From Octopus sinensis (Eukaryota): DNA of 64,000 nucleotides. Location of the stretch: assembly GCF_006345805.1 (NCBI RefSeq), contig NC_042998.1, positions 73,966,001 through 74,030,000 on the forward strand. Direction: 5' to 3'. Of this stretch, positions 27,087-39,840 are shown piece after piece (position 1 is the stretch's first letter; each line of letters opens with the position of its first letter). The position numbers and the translations under genes were made by a program. Under the pieces are notes generated by a model, which was not told the DNA's origin, did not search any database, and was given only the letters and a program-made list of their open reading frames with translations.

Positions 27087-27261
27087 GCAGACCAGTATCG
27101 TCTGTCATGGGTGCCGGAATTCCCATATCACGTGATTTATATATCTATATGCCGTGTCAGTGAGATTTGACTAGCGTGAAGTGACACACTGATGATTTCC
27201 GGTAGAATGAAATCATGTGATATAGGAATTCCGGCATTCATGACAAATGATTCTTGTCTGC
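27087..27261. mobile_element. 175-bp MITE with 52-bp TIRs
   Basis: Arms 27087-27138 and 27210-27261 match at 44 of 52 positions; TA on both sides. Confidence 0.8.
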
Positions 27262-27779
27262 TATAAGCTGTGTATGTTCTTATGCACCAAGTGCCTATAT
27301 AACAGGATCTCTCGAGACTAATAATACAGTATTCGGTGTTCTAACAAGACTGCCATGTTAAGATGGATATAAAGATTACCATTTGGTGTTAATACTGCTT
27401 CCGTCACACGCACACATATACACACACTCACTCAACAGTATCAGCGCCAAGCAATGATTTGGCATACACGAACTGTAGGTTAGTTAAAACATGTTTGCGA
27501 TATATTTCAACTGCTAAAAGTAAATTCACTGCAGTTCTCGTGGAGACAAAAATTGTCCCTTATGGTAAAAGGTGTAAAACCACCATATGGTGTTTTACGC
27601 CTTTTACCGTAAAAGCGAAATTTTCCCCATGCGTTTAGAATTTGAAATATATCGCAAATTTATTTTAACTAACCACGTGTTCGCATTTATATATGTATGT
27701 ATCTCTCTCTCTCTCACTCTCACTCTCCTCTCTCTCTCTCTCACTCTCACTCTCCTCTCTCTCTCTCTCTCTTTCCATG

Positions 27780-27857
<78 letters not shown>

Positions 27858-27861
27858 AACA

Positions 27862-28678
27862 CGAGGGAAGGTCAAAAAGTATCTTATCACTACCATCATA
27901 ACATATCTTTATTATTATCACACTACCTTCTGCGCATGCGTGCTATAGTTGGTACTCTTGTGGTCACGTGATCGAAGTTTGAGCATGATCGCACCATTTT
28001 TTTCTTGCTTTACAGTGTAAGTGCGACCGCTCCACTAGCAATGTGCACCAAAGAAGAACAAAGAGTAGTTATGCGAGAAATGGTAATGATGAACCGGTTC
28101 ACTATTGCCATCTCTGTTTGTTTTGTTTCATCCTTTGGGAGGAACAGTTGTTTGTTCTTTCTCGAGCCACGCCTGGCTCATAAGGGCCAGTTTCCCGGTT
28201 TCCTTGGCGTATAGGTTCCCCACCTGGATGGGACGCCGGTCCGTCGCAGGTGAGTTGCAAGATGCAGGAAGAAAGAGTGACAGAAAGTTGTGGCGAGGGA
28301 ATCAGCAGAAGTTCGCCATTACCTTCTGCCGGAAGCGCGTGGAGCTTAGGCGTTTCGCTCATAAAAACACACATCGCCCGGTCTGAGATTCGAACCCGAG
28401 ATCCCTCGACCGCGAGTCCGCTGCTTTGACCACTAGGCCATGTGCCTCCACATTGCCATCTCTAGAGCTTGCTAAATCTTCTCGTCAGTGGTGGAGCTTG
28501 ACGAGTGTCCTGCTCCCTCTTCATGGCCACTTTTAAACTTCTCGATCCACTCATACACACTTCCACGCGGTAGTGCAGTGCCCCTGTATTGTGCTAAAAG
28601 CTTTCGATGCACCTGACACATCTTTCGACCAGAGAAATCGGATTATTGCTCTTTGTTCTACTTTGGTGCACATTGCTA
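27862..28678. mobile_element. mariner-derived head-to-head (foldback) remnant
   Basis: Plus arm: cgagggaaggtcaaaaag terminus and MCTKEEQRVV/REMVM. Minus arm: MCTKVEQRAIIRFLWS..VYEWIEKFKSG..STTDEKI. The arms meet at the palindrome gaaccggttc (28091-28100). Confidence 0.8.
28116..28451 (-). mobile_element. tRNA-derived SINE (head type A, body X)
   Basis: A-box ggcctagtggtca, B-box ggttcgaatc; exact 12-bp TSD attgccatctct (28104-28115, 28452-28463). Confidence 0.92.
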
Positions 28679-28769
28679 TTAATGATAATATATATATATA
28701 TATATATATACATATATATATGTGTGTGTGTGTGTGTGTGTTGTGTGTGTGTGTGTATAAAAATACAAA

Positions 28770-28880
28770 CTGGGACAAGAACGCAAAACATTTAGGAGAC
28801 GATACAAAAAACACGGACGGGACATTCGAAGCTTTCAATCTTCAGTCAAGAACCGGAACATCCTTGGAATTTCGGCTGAT
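28770..28880 (+). repeat. interspersed repeat (second copy 48105-48330)
   Basis: Shared caagaacgcaaaacat..gacgatacaaaaaacacggacggg..aatcttcagtcaagaaccgg..atttcggctgatt. Confidence 0.7.
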
Positions 28881-30619
28881 TATATATATATATATAATAT
28901 ATATATATATATTATATATATATATATGACATGATATATGATATATAGTTATATATTTATGGAAATAATATCTTTCTGTGAATATAAGCATATAGAAATG
29001 CTACATTCATACACACACACACCCACACACAGAATTTTTTCGGTTTTGTTTGTCTGAAACTAAAACTGAGACCACGTCGCTAGACATCAGCTTCTTTTAT
29101 GTCTTAGACTATATATTTTTTATAATTTATTTAATATCATTTTAAGACGCTAGAGTTGTATTTGGAGGAATTTGGCTCTTATTTCTAACTGCTGCCTCAG
29201 TTGAAGACAGTGCATTGAATGTAGAGCTTCGGAGAAAACAACACCATGCCATTGTCTTTCGTATTTCCATGTCTTACCACGGCCGACTTTGTTATTGAGC
29301 CTTCTAGGTTTGTTAGAATTTATACCTGTCATGTGATGTGATCAAGTGGTGCAGTCATATGAGCCTATCGTGTATCATCTCATATGATATAGTAATGTAG
29401 TATAGTCATGTACTGTCTGGTCATATTCAATCGCGCCTATCCCTCGCCTTCTATCAATAATTGGACCAGAAATCCTTATTTATATCGTTTTAATAATCAT
29501 TATTCATAAATTTATGCAAAGTCTTCTGACAACAATGTACATGTATTCACGGTATGGCTATGTCATCCGCTTGTCCCGCAGTGTTTGACAGATTAGGAAT
29601 CAGTAATACATTGGAGCCACTTCCATTAAATTATTCCAAATTTCTGAAAAGTTAACATTGGGGTACACGAGAAGAGGTAATGAACAGCTTCATAGATCAC
29701 ATTCTTCTCAAAATGAGAGGTTTCTTTCCCTAAAAGATCTTCTAGATGAACCAGCGGTCAGTTTCATAGAACAAAATTCTATCCAATAATAAAACATCTT
29801 GAGCCGAGATGTATTTAAATTTCTGCGCATGATCAAATGATTTTTCGTTAAAATATACCTGTTGCTACTAGTAACGTATTTCAGATTATGCTCAGTGTAC
29901 GATATTTTAGTGATAGCATCAAGTTATCTGTAGAATAACAATGTAGGCTGATGAAACAGAGAAAACACTTGCAGACATTAGAAGATTATGTCAAAAAGCT
30001 TCATCAAATGCTAACTGTTCTCCATAAACAAGCGAGATCAAAGGGAGGTAACTGACGTCAACAATATTGTCAAAAGTGAATACACATATAACAATAAAAA
30101 ATATCAAATACACAAACATCAAAAATTCCTGAAGTGACCTTCAAAGAAACTTCTGTAAAATATTTGCATCAGAAGAATCTTCGATCTAGCAGCCTACAGT
30201 AATAAGATGACAATTTCAGTGATGTAGTGAAAAGACAAAGAATACATTTCTGTGATATGTTCCTGTAGCCAGGTTTTTGTAGAAAGCCAGTGATTTCATA
30301 TCTCAGTTATTTCCGATTCTTCTCAATTTCAAATATTGTATCTTTTTCTTACTTTAGTCTATGCGATGCCTTCAATTTCGTTTATGTGTCGCCCACACTA
30401 AATAAATCTCCAAGACCAATTTACAAAACTATTGACTCAATCTCTGCTCCTCGGTTAGTCTTTCTCTCTATAAGCCTAGTCAATCATTTCCCTTCCAGCC
30501 ACTAGCCTTAAAGTGAATATCAATTATGCTAACCTAACAAACCATGGTCAATTTTCTCATGTCTCGGTGTTCTATTCTATCTTTCCTGCCCCTTCTCTTT
30601 TCTTGGATTAACTAAATAA

Positions 30620-30815
30620 CCGTTTCAAATTTTGGCAGGATTCCAACATTTTTTTAAGGGAAGGGTTACGTTGATTACATCGACCCAAGTGCCCAACTGG
30701 TACTTACTTAATGGACTCCGGAAGGATGGAAGGCAAAGCTGATCGTGGCGGAATCTGAACTCAGAGCGTTAAGAGCCGAGAAAAATGCTGTTTGGCATTT
30801 TGTCAGTCGCGCTAA
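30620..30815 (-). mobile_element. SINE family B, diverged
   Basis: gattacatcgaccc..actggtactt..ggatggaaggcaaag..aactcaga. Confidence 0.7.
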
Positions 30816-30829
30816 TACGGATTAATTAG

Positions 30830-31049
30830 ATAATTCTTTCTGCTATAGGCACAAGGCATGAAATTGGGAAGGGAACGAGTGAGTCGATTACATTGACTCC
30901 AATACGTAACTGGTACTTATTTCATCGACTTTGAAAGGATGAAAGGCAAAATCGACTTTGGCGGAATTTGAACTTGGAATGTAAAGACGGACTAAACACC
31001 GCTAAGCATTTTGCCCGGCGTACCTACAATTCTGCCAGGTCGCCGCCTT
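30830..31049 (-). mobile_element. SINE family B
   Basis: Ends at ggtcgccgcctt; in tandem with the previous copy. Confidence 0.85.
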
Positions 31050-32347
31050 AAATAAAATAAACAATAAAATGTTTGCACACTTCAGTTGAGCTTGTGGGAT
31101 GTTGTAAAAAAATGTCAGTTACCTCCCACATATAATTTTAAATCATGCATAAATAAAGAAAATAATTAATGGTGATTTAATAAAATACATTTGAATACAC
31201 GACCAATCTAGGTTAGTGCATTAGAACTTGCTATGCAAGAAAGTAGTGGAGGGAAGGAGCTTCTCTGTGCCTTTGTTTTCTCTCTAAACACAAACCTGCA
31301 ATAATTGAAAAGCACCATTAATATCATTAAAGCCATATCACTATCACTACCTAAGAATTTTGAATGAATATAATATTAAAATCGGAAGCAGTACTAAATA
31401 TAGAGAAATTGGTCTAGACGTTACCATCTAGTTGTGGCAGTGGCAGTGGCAGAAGCAGGATGAGATAAGCTACAAGACTGGTATCAGCAGTTTTGTATGA
31501 CTGCACACCCTCGCATACGATTAAACAACACTAGTAATGGTTGCAGTAACTACAAATGTTGACAATCCATTACTGTAAAAAGAAAAGATATATAACTTTA
31601 GTTTAATGCCCCGATACTTCTTCAGTTTTCACTTTTTATTACTGTTTTTCATGTTATGCTTCTTTTTACTCGTTTATTTTCTGTATAGTTTTTTTATCCG
31701 TGACATTTCTCTTTTTAAATATTCTTCTGTATTTCTTAAAAGTGTCTTCTTTTTTATATATATTTTTTCCTCTTAATGTTTCGTCTGTTGGCATTTTCTG
31801 TTTCTATTTTCTTACTGTCCTATTTTCTTTAAAATTTGTGTCTTATATTTTTCATTTATATTTTCCTTATATATATTTTCTCCTGCGTTTTTCTCTTATA
31901 TTTTTCTTTTATATTTTCGCTGAAACTTTTCCTCTAAATCAGTTTTCTTTCGATAATATAATTTCTATCTTTTTTTGTTCTCGTTTTACTTCAAAAGGAC
32001 GCATTTTTTCTCATTTCCTTCCTTCTTTTTTCTGTGAGGAATCAAAATAAACAAATCTAACATTGCCGTGGGTTGAGCAAAATAGATAGTAAAGACAGGA
32101 ACCAAGAAATAATTTTTGTTCTAAACCAGATTTCGTGTATTACAAATGGTACAATTGGTCCCAGCAGTTAGTTGTGTTGATACATAATGGCAATCGAGCT
32201 CGTTGTCCCTATACGTTACGTTAATTAAAGAAATGGTGAAAAAACCAGTTTTGAAAACTTAATTGCTTCCTTATTTTCGCTTACTAAACTTTTTTCGATG
32301 TTCTTTAATAAAATGATGACATAATTTCTTTTATTTATAACTTAAAG

Positions 32348-32475
32348 GAGGAAAGATTGCGCCTATAACAAGCTCTTATGGTATTGAAAATGAAGAAGCC
32401 ATCTTCAAATTGGACACACATCAGAATCCTTGTGAAGAGAGTGGGTTCCGCGAAAAGAATCGAAGAACCGACTGA
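32348..32475 (+). CDS. candidate terminal coding exon, unknown protein
   Basis: Acceptor tttcttttatttataacttaaag. Phase-1 frame GGKIAPITSSYGIENEEAIFKLDTHQNPCEESGFREKNRRTD*. Donor-like ttacg|gtgagc 10 nt after the stop. No homology recognised. Confidence 0.25.
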
Positions 32476-33109
32476 TGGTGTTACGGTGAGCAACGGATTA
32501 AGTCTACCATTCTAGAACAGAAACTGTCCATTTCGACTGGCTTCTGTACAGTTTTCGTCCACTAAATGTCATTCATAGGTCATTAGTCGATGCAGCTACA
32601 GTAGAAAACAATTGCATAAGGTATCAAACCCTAAACCACAAAGTTACTAAGTGAAGTTTTTAATCATTCAACCATCTCTGTGCACCACATGTTAAACAAG
32701 CTAATTTTATTGTACTGCACACAACTTCAAAATTTACGCTCGATTTAATAGATGTTATGTTATTTCGTAATGCGGAAGAATGTGATGCAACGTTGAAGGT
32801 CACTGCATTCTCTGATTCATTTGAAAAGTATGTTAAATAGGACAGCTTCTTCCTTCAGGGATCTATCAAATTCAGATGGAGTCGTAAGGGAACCACCCTG
32901 ATATTCAGCCTGTCTTAGGCATTTTATACTCAGATAAGCTCATCCTGTTCCAAGTCTGACTATAGCCGAAGAAAGAAAGCAAGAAAGAAAGAAAGAAAGA
33001 AAGAAAGAACCTTTACAGACTACGAAAAGATAAAAAGCAAATTTGACTACGACAGGACTTGAACTAAATCACAGACAGCGGGAACAAATATGCTAGGCAA
33101 TGTTTTAAA

Positions 33110-34145
33110 GAGTCTCAGTGTGAGCAACTTCATTGGATTATTCATCCTTCAAACACTTAAGGAAAAATTCCACAACCGCACCATTGATCTCTACCGCGAC
33201 GATACTTTAATTATCATGCATAAATGCAACGCCCATACCATAAATAAATTTTGTAAGGACCTAACTGAGACCCTTAGCAACTTAAGACTATAAATAACAG
33301 TAAGTACTAAGCTCACTAATGCTAATTTCCCAGATGTTAACCTAGATTTAACTACAGATGCTTATAAACTGTACCATAAACTCAATGAAAGGCTAAGATA
33401 TATTAACAGAGAGTCATACCACCCGTAGTATTTAAAAACCTAGTCCTCAATATTAGCTGCAGGATCTCCAGCTTATCTTCCTCAAAATAGATATTTCATA
33501 AACAGCTCCTTACTATAATGAAGTACTCGAAGACAGCGAACCCAAAGATGAAATTAAGTATATATCTAACCTTGAATCAGGAGACAAAAACAAAAGCAAG
33601 TATAAGATGATCAATAGGCATTCGGAGAAAATCAGCTATTTCTGCAGACCTTACATGAGGCCAAAAATCACCCCAAAAATCGAATCGGAATAAAACCAAA
33701 GATGTTCCTGCATAATAAAGGATGACTACCCGCTACAACGAGAATGTAAAGTGAAGTCTATAGTATATGAAGCCACCATTGCACCAGTTCGAAGCAGCCA
33801 AACAGAGAACGGAGAATAATATGTGAGTATGGTACAGGATCGTTTTAAACAACAGTACCATTCACATGTTAGGTTCTTCAAACGTCCGGGAAAGAGGACA
33901 ACAGAAATCACGCAACTAGTCTGGAGTCTGGAAACTACAAGGAAAAGAATACCATTTACCATCAAATGGAAAATTCTGGGTAGAGGAACCAAGAGATGTT
34001 CTCTTTGCCTAACTGGGAAGTTCCGGATATCTCACGGATTAAAATCCAATAATATAAAATTGAACAATAAGATTGAGATCTTCAGAGCATACTTGCCTTG
34101 CACATCAACTCCCACCTACCTACAGGAAAATATGATGGAATAACC
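33110..34145 (+). mobile_element. Penelope-like element fossil (RT C-terminus plus GIY-YIG endonuclease)
   Basis: RT motifs FIGLFIL..LYRDD..NFPDVNLDL..YINRESYHP. Endonuclease CSCIIKDDYPLQRECKVKSIVYEATI..YVSMVQDRFKQQYHSH..IKWKILGRG..RCSLCLTGKFRI. Stops and frameshifts present. Confidence 0.88.
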
Positions 34146-34218
34146 ACACAACTTCAACACCAATCAATATATGTTCACCATAATCATCTACGTAAATTAA
34201 TTCTACACACACACACAA

Positions 34219-34250
<32 letters not shown>

Positions 34251-34353
34251 ATAAGCCTATAAACATAATCTAAGAATGATAAAGGACTGACGCACATTAA
34301 TTGCACAAGCATACACAAACACAGCATATACAAACAAACATATATAGGTAATG

Positions 34354-34403
<50 letters not shown>

Positions 34404-34810
34404 TTATACATATAGGTAATATATATATATATATATATATATATAATAATAATAATTTGAGGGAATATTATTCCTAATATAATATATATATATATACACA
34501 CATGCATATATGGGTACAGGACATTACCAACGGTGCAAATAGCATGAAATGCGTAAACAAATAAGGGGGAAATGAGCGGAATACGTAATCATCAGGGGAA
34601 AAAAGGAAAACAGGAAAAGCAAACACAGAGGAAGGACCCTTCATCAGTTGTCTGCTGCCTATCTACTCTTCATTTCGAGCATTCAACGACAATGTGAGTC
34701 TTCAAAGTAGTTGCTCCCATAAATTCTAATATAAAATTTTAAGATTTATGGAGGGTCGTTAGACCAGAACGAGAGAAAAATAGTGAACTGCATATAGGAA
34801 GTATATATTA

Positions 34811-35204
34811 CTCTTTTTACTCTTTTTACTTGTTTCAGTCATTTGACTGCGGCCATGCTGGAGCACCGCCTTTAGTCGAGCAAATCGACCCCGGGACTTA
34901 TTCTTTGTAAGCCCAGTACTTATTCTATCGGTCTCTTTTGCCGAACCGCTAAGTGACGGGGACGTAAACACACCAGCATCGGTTGTCAAGCGATGTTCGG
35001 GGGGACAAACACACACACACATATATATATATACACATATACGACGGGCTTCTTTAAGTTTCCGTCTACCAAATCCACTCACAAGGCATTGGTCGGCCCG
35101 GGGCTATAGCAGAAGACACTTGCCCAAGATGCCACACAGTGGGACTGAACCCGGAACCATGTGGTTGGTTAGCAAGCTACTTACCAAACAGCCACTCCTG
35201 CGCC
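34811..35204 (-). mobile_element. SINE family A
   Basis: Full-length, close to consensus. Confidence 0.95.
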
Positions 35205-35236
35205 TATGTATATATGTATATATATATATATATATT

Positions 35237-35517
35237 CTTTTATTTGTGTCAGTCATTTGACTGTGGCTATGCTGGAGTACAGCTTTTAGCAGAACAAATC
35301 GACCCCAGGCAATGGTGGCAGGACAAACACAGATAGACACACACATATATATATACGATGGGCTTCTTTCAGTTTCCATCTACCAGATCCACTCACAAGG
35401 TTTTGGTCGGCCTCGAGGCTACAGTAGAAGATACCTACCCAAGGTGCTACGCAGTGTGACTGAACCCGGGACCATGTGCTTGGCAAGCAAGCTTCTTACC
35501 ACACAGGCACTCCTACA

Positions 35518-35518
<1 letters not shown>
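35237..35518 (-). mobile_element. SINE family A with internal deletion
   Basis: Jumps from gtcgaccccagg to caatggtgg. Confidence 0.88.
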
Positions 35519-35569
<51 letters not shown>

Positions 35570-37211
35570 TGTATGTATGTATGTATGTATGTATGTATGT
35601 ATGAATGAATGTATGTATGTATGTATGTATGAATGTATGTATTATGTATGTGTATGTATGTATGTGTATGTATGTATGTATATGTATGTATATGTATGTA
35701 TATAAATATGTATATACAAACATATATATATATATATATTTATATATACATGAATGTGTGCATATATATGTATCATATCCATGCGTATATGTGTATGTTT
35801 ATATGCCTCTGAGTGTGCATGTGTACGTGCGTGCATGTGTGTATCTGTATGTACGTAATATATGTATGTACGCATGCATAAATGAATGTATAAGTCAACA
35901 TTCCACATTCAGTTCCGTCAAATTAATGCAGATGACGCTTCCCAAGACTCTATTAAAATCCATTACACTTTCTAATGGCCTGTCAGTATTTATTTTAATA
36001 CACAACACCTGAATGCCCCTCAAGGTAGCTATAACCTAAACACCATTCACTTCCTGTCAGTCGATCCTCGGCTACGTAATTAAAATAACCTCGGCGGAGT
36101 TTCGTTTCACTTTTCCCTTTAAGAGAAACTTCGAAACCTATATAAGTACAATTGAAATCAAAGAGATAGCCTGTATCGATTTTAACTGGAGTATTTATGT
36201 CTGCGTATTTAGTTATTTAGGCTGTGGCATCACCTATACATAGCAAATGTGCAAAATAATTGCTTTACCGTCGAATAAGTTAGTGATCCCACATGGAAAA
36301 GTAGCTGTTTGTCAATCAAGCCTGCAATAAAACTCTACTGATTAGCCGCTCCATTTAGTAAGACATTTTTCGCTATTTCTCACGAGTGAGAAGTGAATTT
36401 TAATTCCCTACAGGGTTCAACAAGACATTTGGAATAACAAATAAGAGCAGTTCTTGAAAGCCAACGGGGCTGACACATTAATTAGTGATTTGAAATAATC
36501 CTATTAGAGCTTTTAGTTAATTAGTTCAAACTAATTTTCAGTAATATTCTAATCATACATTATAGATTGGTCTGACGCCAAGTTAACGATGTCAAAATGA
36601 GAAACTTATTTCATTTCACTTTGTTGTATCACGGAAGATATTTAATAATTTAGATTCATTTCCAGTAGTGAAGTAACTAACATAATGCTACAACCGGATG
36701 TTCTTTAAACCACAAACCAGACTGCGGCACTGATGAAACTCACTATAGAGACAACCAGATAGCGGCACTAATGTTGGTCCCTACACACAAGGGACTTTGT
36801 CTTCCTTTTCGATGCCATGTACTTAAAATAGAAGATGTCACAAACAGAAATTATCACAGAGATATCAACGTTTCGAGCACAGAAATGACACAGAAAATTT
36901 TACATAACTGTCAATTTCTCAGCTACTGTTGACTATAGATATCACTTAAGATGTGACATAGATGTCGGCTTCTTGACTACAGAAAATGTCATACAGAAAA
37001 TGTCACACGGCAGTTAATTTATTGATACAGAAGATATCATACAAAATGTCACAGAGGTTTCGGTAACAGACGGCGGAATAATGCCAACTGCAAATTAGCA
37101 GCACATTGCAAACTACCATTTGTCACTTCATTCTCAAAGCCAAACATTTATAAAAAAACAAACGCAATTCTTTCGACGGGTAGTTTGTGCTTGAACACGT
37201 GTATACAGGTA

Positions 37212-37503
37212 AATGTGCATGACTCAATGGTTAGAGCATCGGGCTCACAATTATGTTGTAGTGAGTTCGATTCCTGGACCGGGCTGTGGTTGTGTTCTTG
37301 AGCAAGGCACTTTATTTCACGTTGCTTCAGTTCAATCATCTGTAGAAATGAGTTGCGATTTCATTTTGCCGAGCTGTATCGGCCTTTGCTTTCCTTGGAC
37401 AATATGGGTGGCGTGGAAAAGGGAGAAGCTGGTATGCATGGGCGGCTACTGGTCTTCCGTAAACAACTTTGTCCAGACTTGTGCCTTGGAGGGGAATTGT
37501 TTA
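37212..37503 (+). mobile_element. tRNA-derived SINE (head type B, body Z)
   Basis: A-box caatggttagagca, B-box agttcgattcc, CORE-like tcttgagcaaggcactt. Homologous to 59430-59724. Confidence 0.85.
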
Positions 37504-37522
37504 GTAGTAGTAGTAGTAGTAA

Positions 37523-37571
<49 letters not shown>

Positions 37572-37745
37572 GGTGTGGTGGTGGTGGTGGTGGGGTGGTG
37601 GTGGTGGTGGTGGTAGTAGTGGTGGCGGTTGTGGTAGTAGTAGTAGTAGTAGTAGTTGTAGTATCATTGTCATCATCGTCATTGCCGTCATCATCGTCAT
37701 CATCGTCATCATCTTCACCATAATCATCCTCATTATTACGATCAT
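37503..37745. repeat. (TAG)/(TGG)/(CAT) compound triplet repeat
   Basis: Visible array. Confidence 0.92.
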
Positions 37746-37923
37746 TATTTGCTCTTTTTGCTGCACTCCCCACTGTTTATATAACATTTCCTATATAATG
37801 CCATTAAGCCACACAAAATCCCATCAAATTTCTTGTAACACTTCAAATTAAGTCTTAAGCGCTAAGAATGGAATTACTTTCTTTGAACCATACTTGAAAA
37901 GCTTAGCAGCACTAGCATTCTTC

Positions 37924-37971
<48 letters not shown>

Positions 37972-38235
37972 ACTTAATTCCAGGCATTTAATTCCATATA
38001 TCCCTTCACATATTTATTGTTGCACATCATTATAGAATCATTTCTTCTTTGAGAGATAGCATGGTCTCATGAGATCTTGTTTAGTTGTTTAGACACTTCT
38101 GACACTCAGCTATCATTCAGTACTTGATATACGAAGATAATATCTCCAAATATACTCTGCACTTAAAGAATATACCGCTTATCAGCTGCAACAATCGTAG
38201 CGCGAAATCTTACGTTATAGCATGTGTGTGTGTGT

Positions 38236-38384
38236 GTTATTCTTTGTAAGCCTAGTACTATCGATTCTCTTTTGCCGAACCGCTAAGTTACGGGGACCTA
38301 AACACACCAGCATCGGTTGTCAAGCGATGTTGGGGGACAAACACAGAAACACAACCACACACACACACACACACACACACACGC

Positions 38385-38444
<60 letters not shown>

Positions 38445-38636
38445 GTGTGTGTGTGTGTATGTATACATACATACAAAACGAGCTTCTTTCAGTTTTCGTC
38501 TACCAACTCTCACAAGGCTTTGGTCGGCTTGAGGCTATAGTAGAAGACACTTGCCAAAGGTGCCACGCAGTGGGACTGAACCCAGAACCATGTCATTTGT
38601 AAGCAAGCTACTTATCACACAGCCACTTCTGCGCCT
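38236..38636 (-). mobile_element. SINE family A (3' end missing)
   Basis: Matches family A head and body. Confidence 0.9.
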
Positions 38637-38712
38637 ATATTGAAGTTTTAAATGTAAGTTACGGGTATTGTTTATTTTTTTTTTTCGTTTTCATCGTAAG
38701 TTTTACATCATT

Positions 38713-39101
38713 GTGTGGAAGCACTCCGTCGGTTACGACGACGAGGGTTCCGGTTGATCCGATCAACGGAACAGCCTGCTCGTGAAATTAACGTGTAAGT
38801 GGCTGAGCACTCCACAGACACGTGTACCCTTAACGTAGTTCTCGGGGATATTCAGCGTGACACAGAGAGTGACAAGGCCGGCCCTTTGAAATACAGGTAC
38901 AACAGAAACAGGAAGTAAGAGTGAGAGAAAGTTGTGGTGAAAGAGTACAGCAGGGGGATCACCACCATCCCTGCCGGAGCCTCGTGGAGCTTTAGGTGTT
39001 TTCGCTCAATAAACACTCACAACGCCCGGTCTGGGAATCGAAACCGCGATCCTATGACCGCGAGTCCGCTGCCCTAACCACTGGGCCATTGCGCCTCCAC
39101 A
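38713..39101 (-). mobile_element. tRNA-derived SINE (head type A, body Y)
   Basis: A-box ggcccagtggtta, B-box ggtttcgattcc; exact 11-bp TSD tttacatcatt (38702-38712, 39102-39112). Confidence 0.92.
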
Positions 39102-39438
39102 TTTACATCATTATACATATTACAAAAGAATGTCCTGCTTGACGCAACGGGCAAGACTGTCTCTTTACAACCCACATAACAATTGGACAACTCCTGCAAC
39201 TCATTCTACCCAATCGTGATGCAACAGTAAAACGCATAAAAAACATGATCCCCACTCTTTACTATAAACACGACTGACACAGCGTATGTTCTACACAACA
39301 AACAGATGGAACGCAAAAACAACATGTGAAGCAACCAAAGACATTTCTGTAGCGTACGAGAGAATTTCACGAATACGGAGAGATAACTGGCGATGACGTG
39401 TAACCTTGAAACTTTTCAAAATACATGATGTTCATAAA

Positions 39439-39470
<32 letters not shown>

Positions 39471-39646
39471 CGACGACGACGACAGCGGCGGCGGCGGTGG
39501 TGGCGGTGGTGGTGGTGGTGGTCGTCGTCGTCGTCGTCCTCGTCGTGGTCGTGGTCGTGGTGACGACGACGGCGACGACGACGATGATAACGACGACGAT
39601 GGCGGTGGTGGTGGTGGTGGTGGCGGTGGCGGTGGTGGTGGTGGTC

Positions 39647-39678
<32 letters not shown>

Positions 39679-39777
39679 GGTCGTGGTGGTCGTGGTGGTC
39701 GTGCTCGTGGTCGTGGTGACGACGACGGCGACGAAGACGACGGCGGTGGTGGTGGTGCTGGTAGTGATGCTGATGCT

Positions 39778-39808
<31 letters not shown>

Positions 39809-39840
39809 ATGCTGATGATGATGATGATGATGTTGATGAT
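39439..39840. repeat. GAT/GAC/GGT/CGT compound triplet repeat
   Basis: About 400 bp of in-phase triplets, open in several frames. Confidence 0.92.

Noticed and set aside
27189-27220. ctgatga tttccggtagaat gaaa inside the 175-bp MITE as a hammerhead
   Set aside because: Stem II opens with a T-T mismatch, there is no valid U-H cleavage site, and stem I pairing is unconvincing.
36730-36760. ctgatgaaactcactatagagacaac as a hammerhead
   Set aside because: The GAAA strand is missing.
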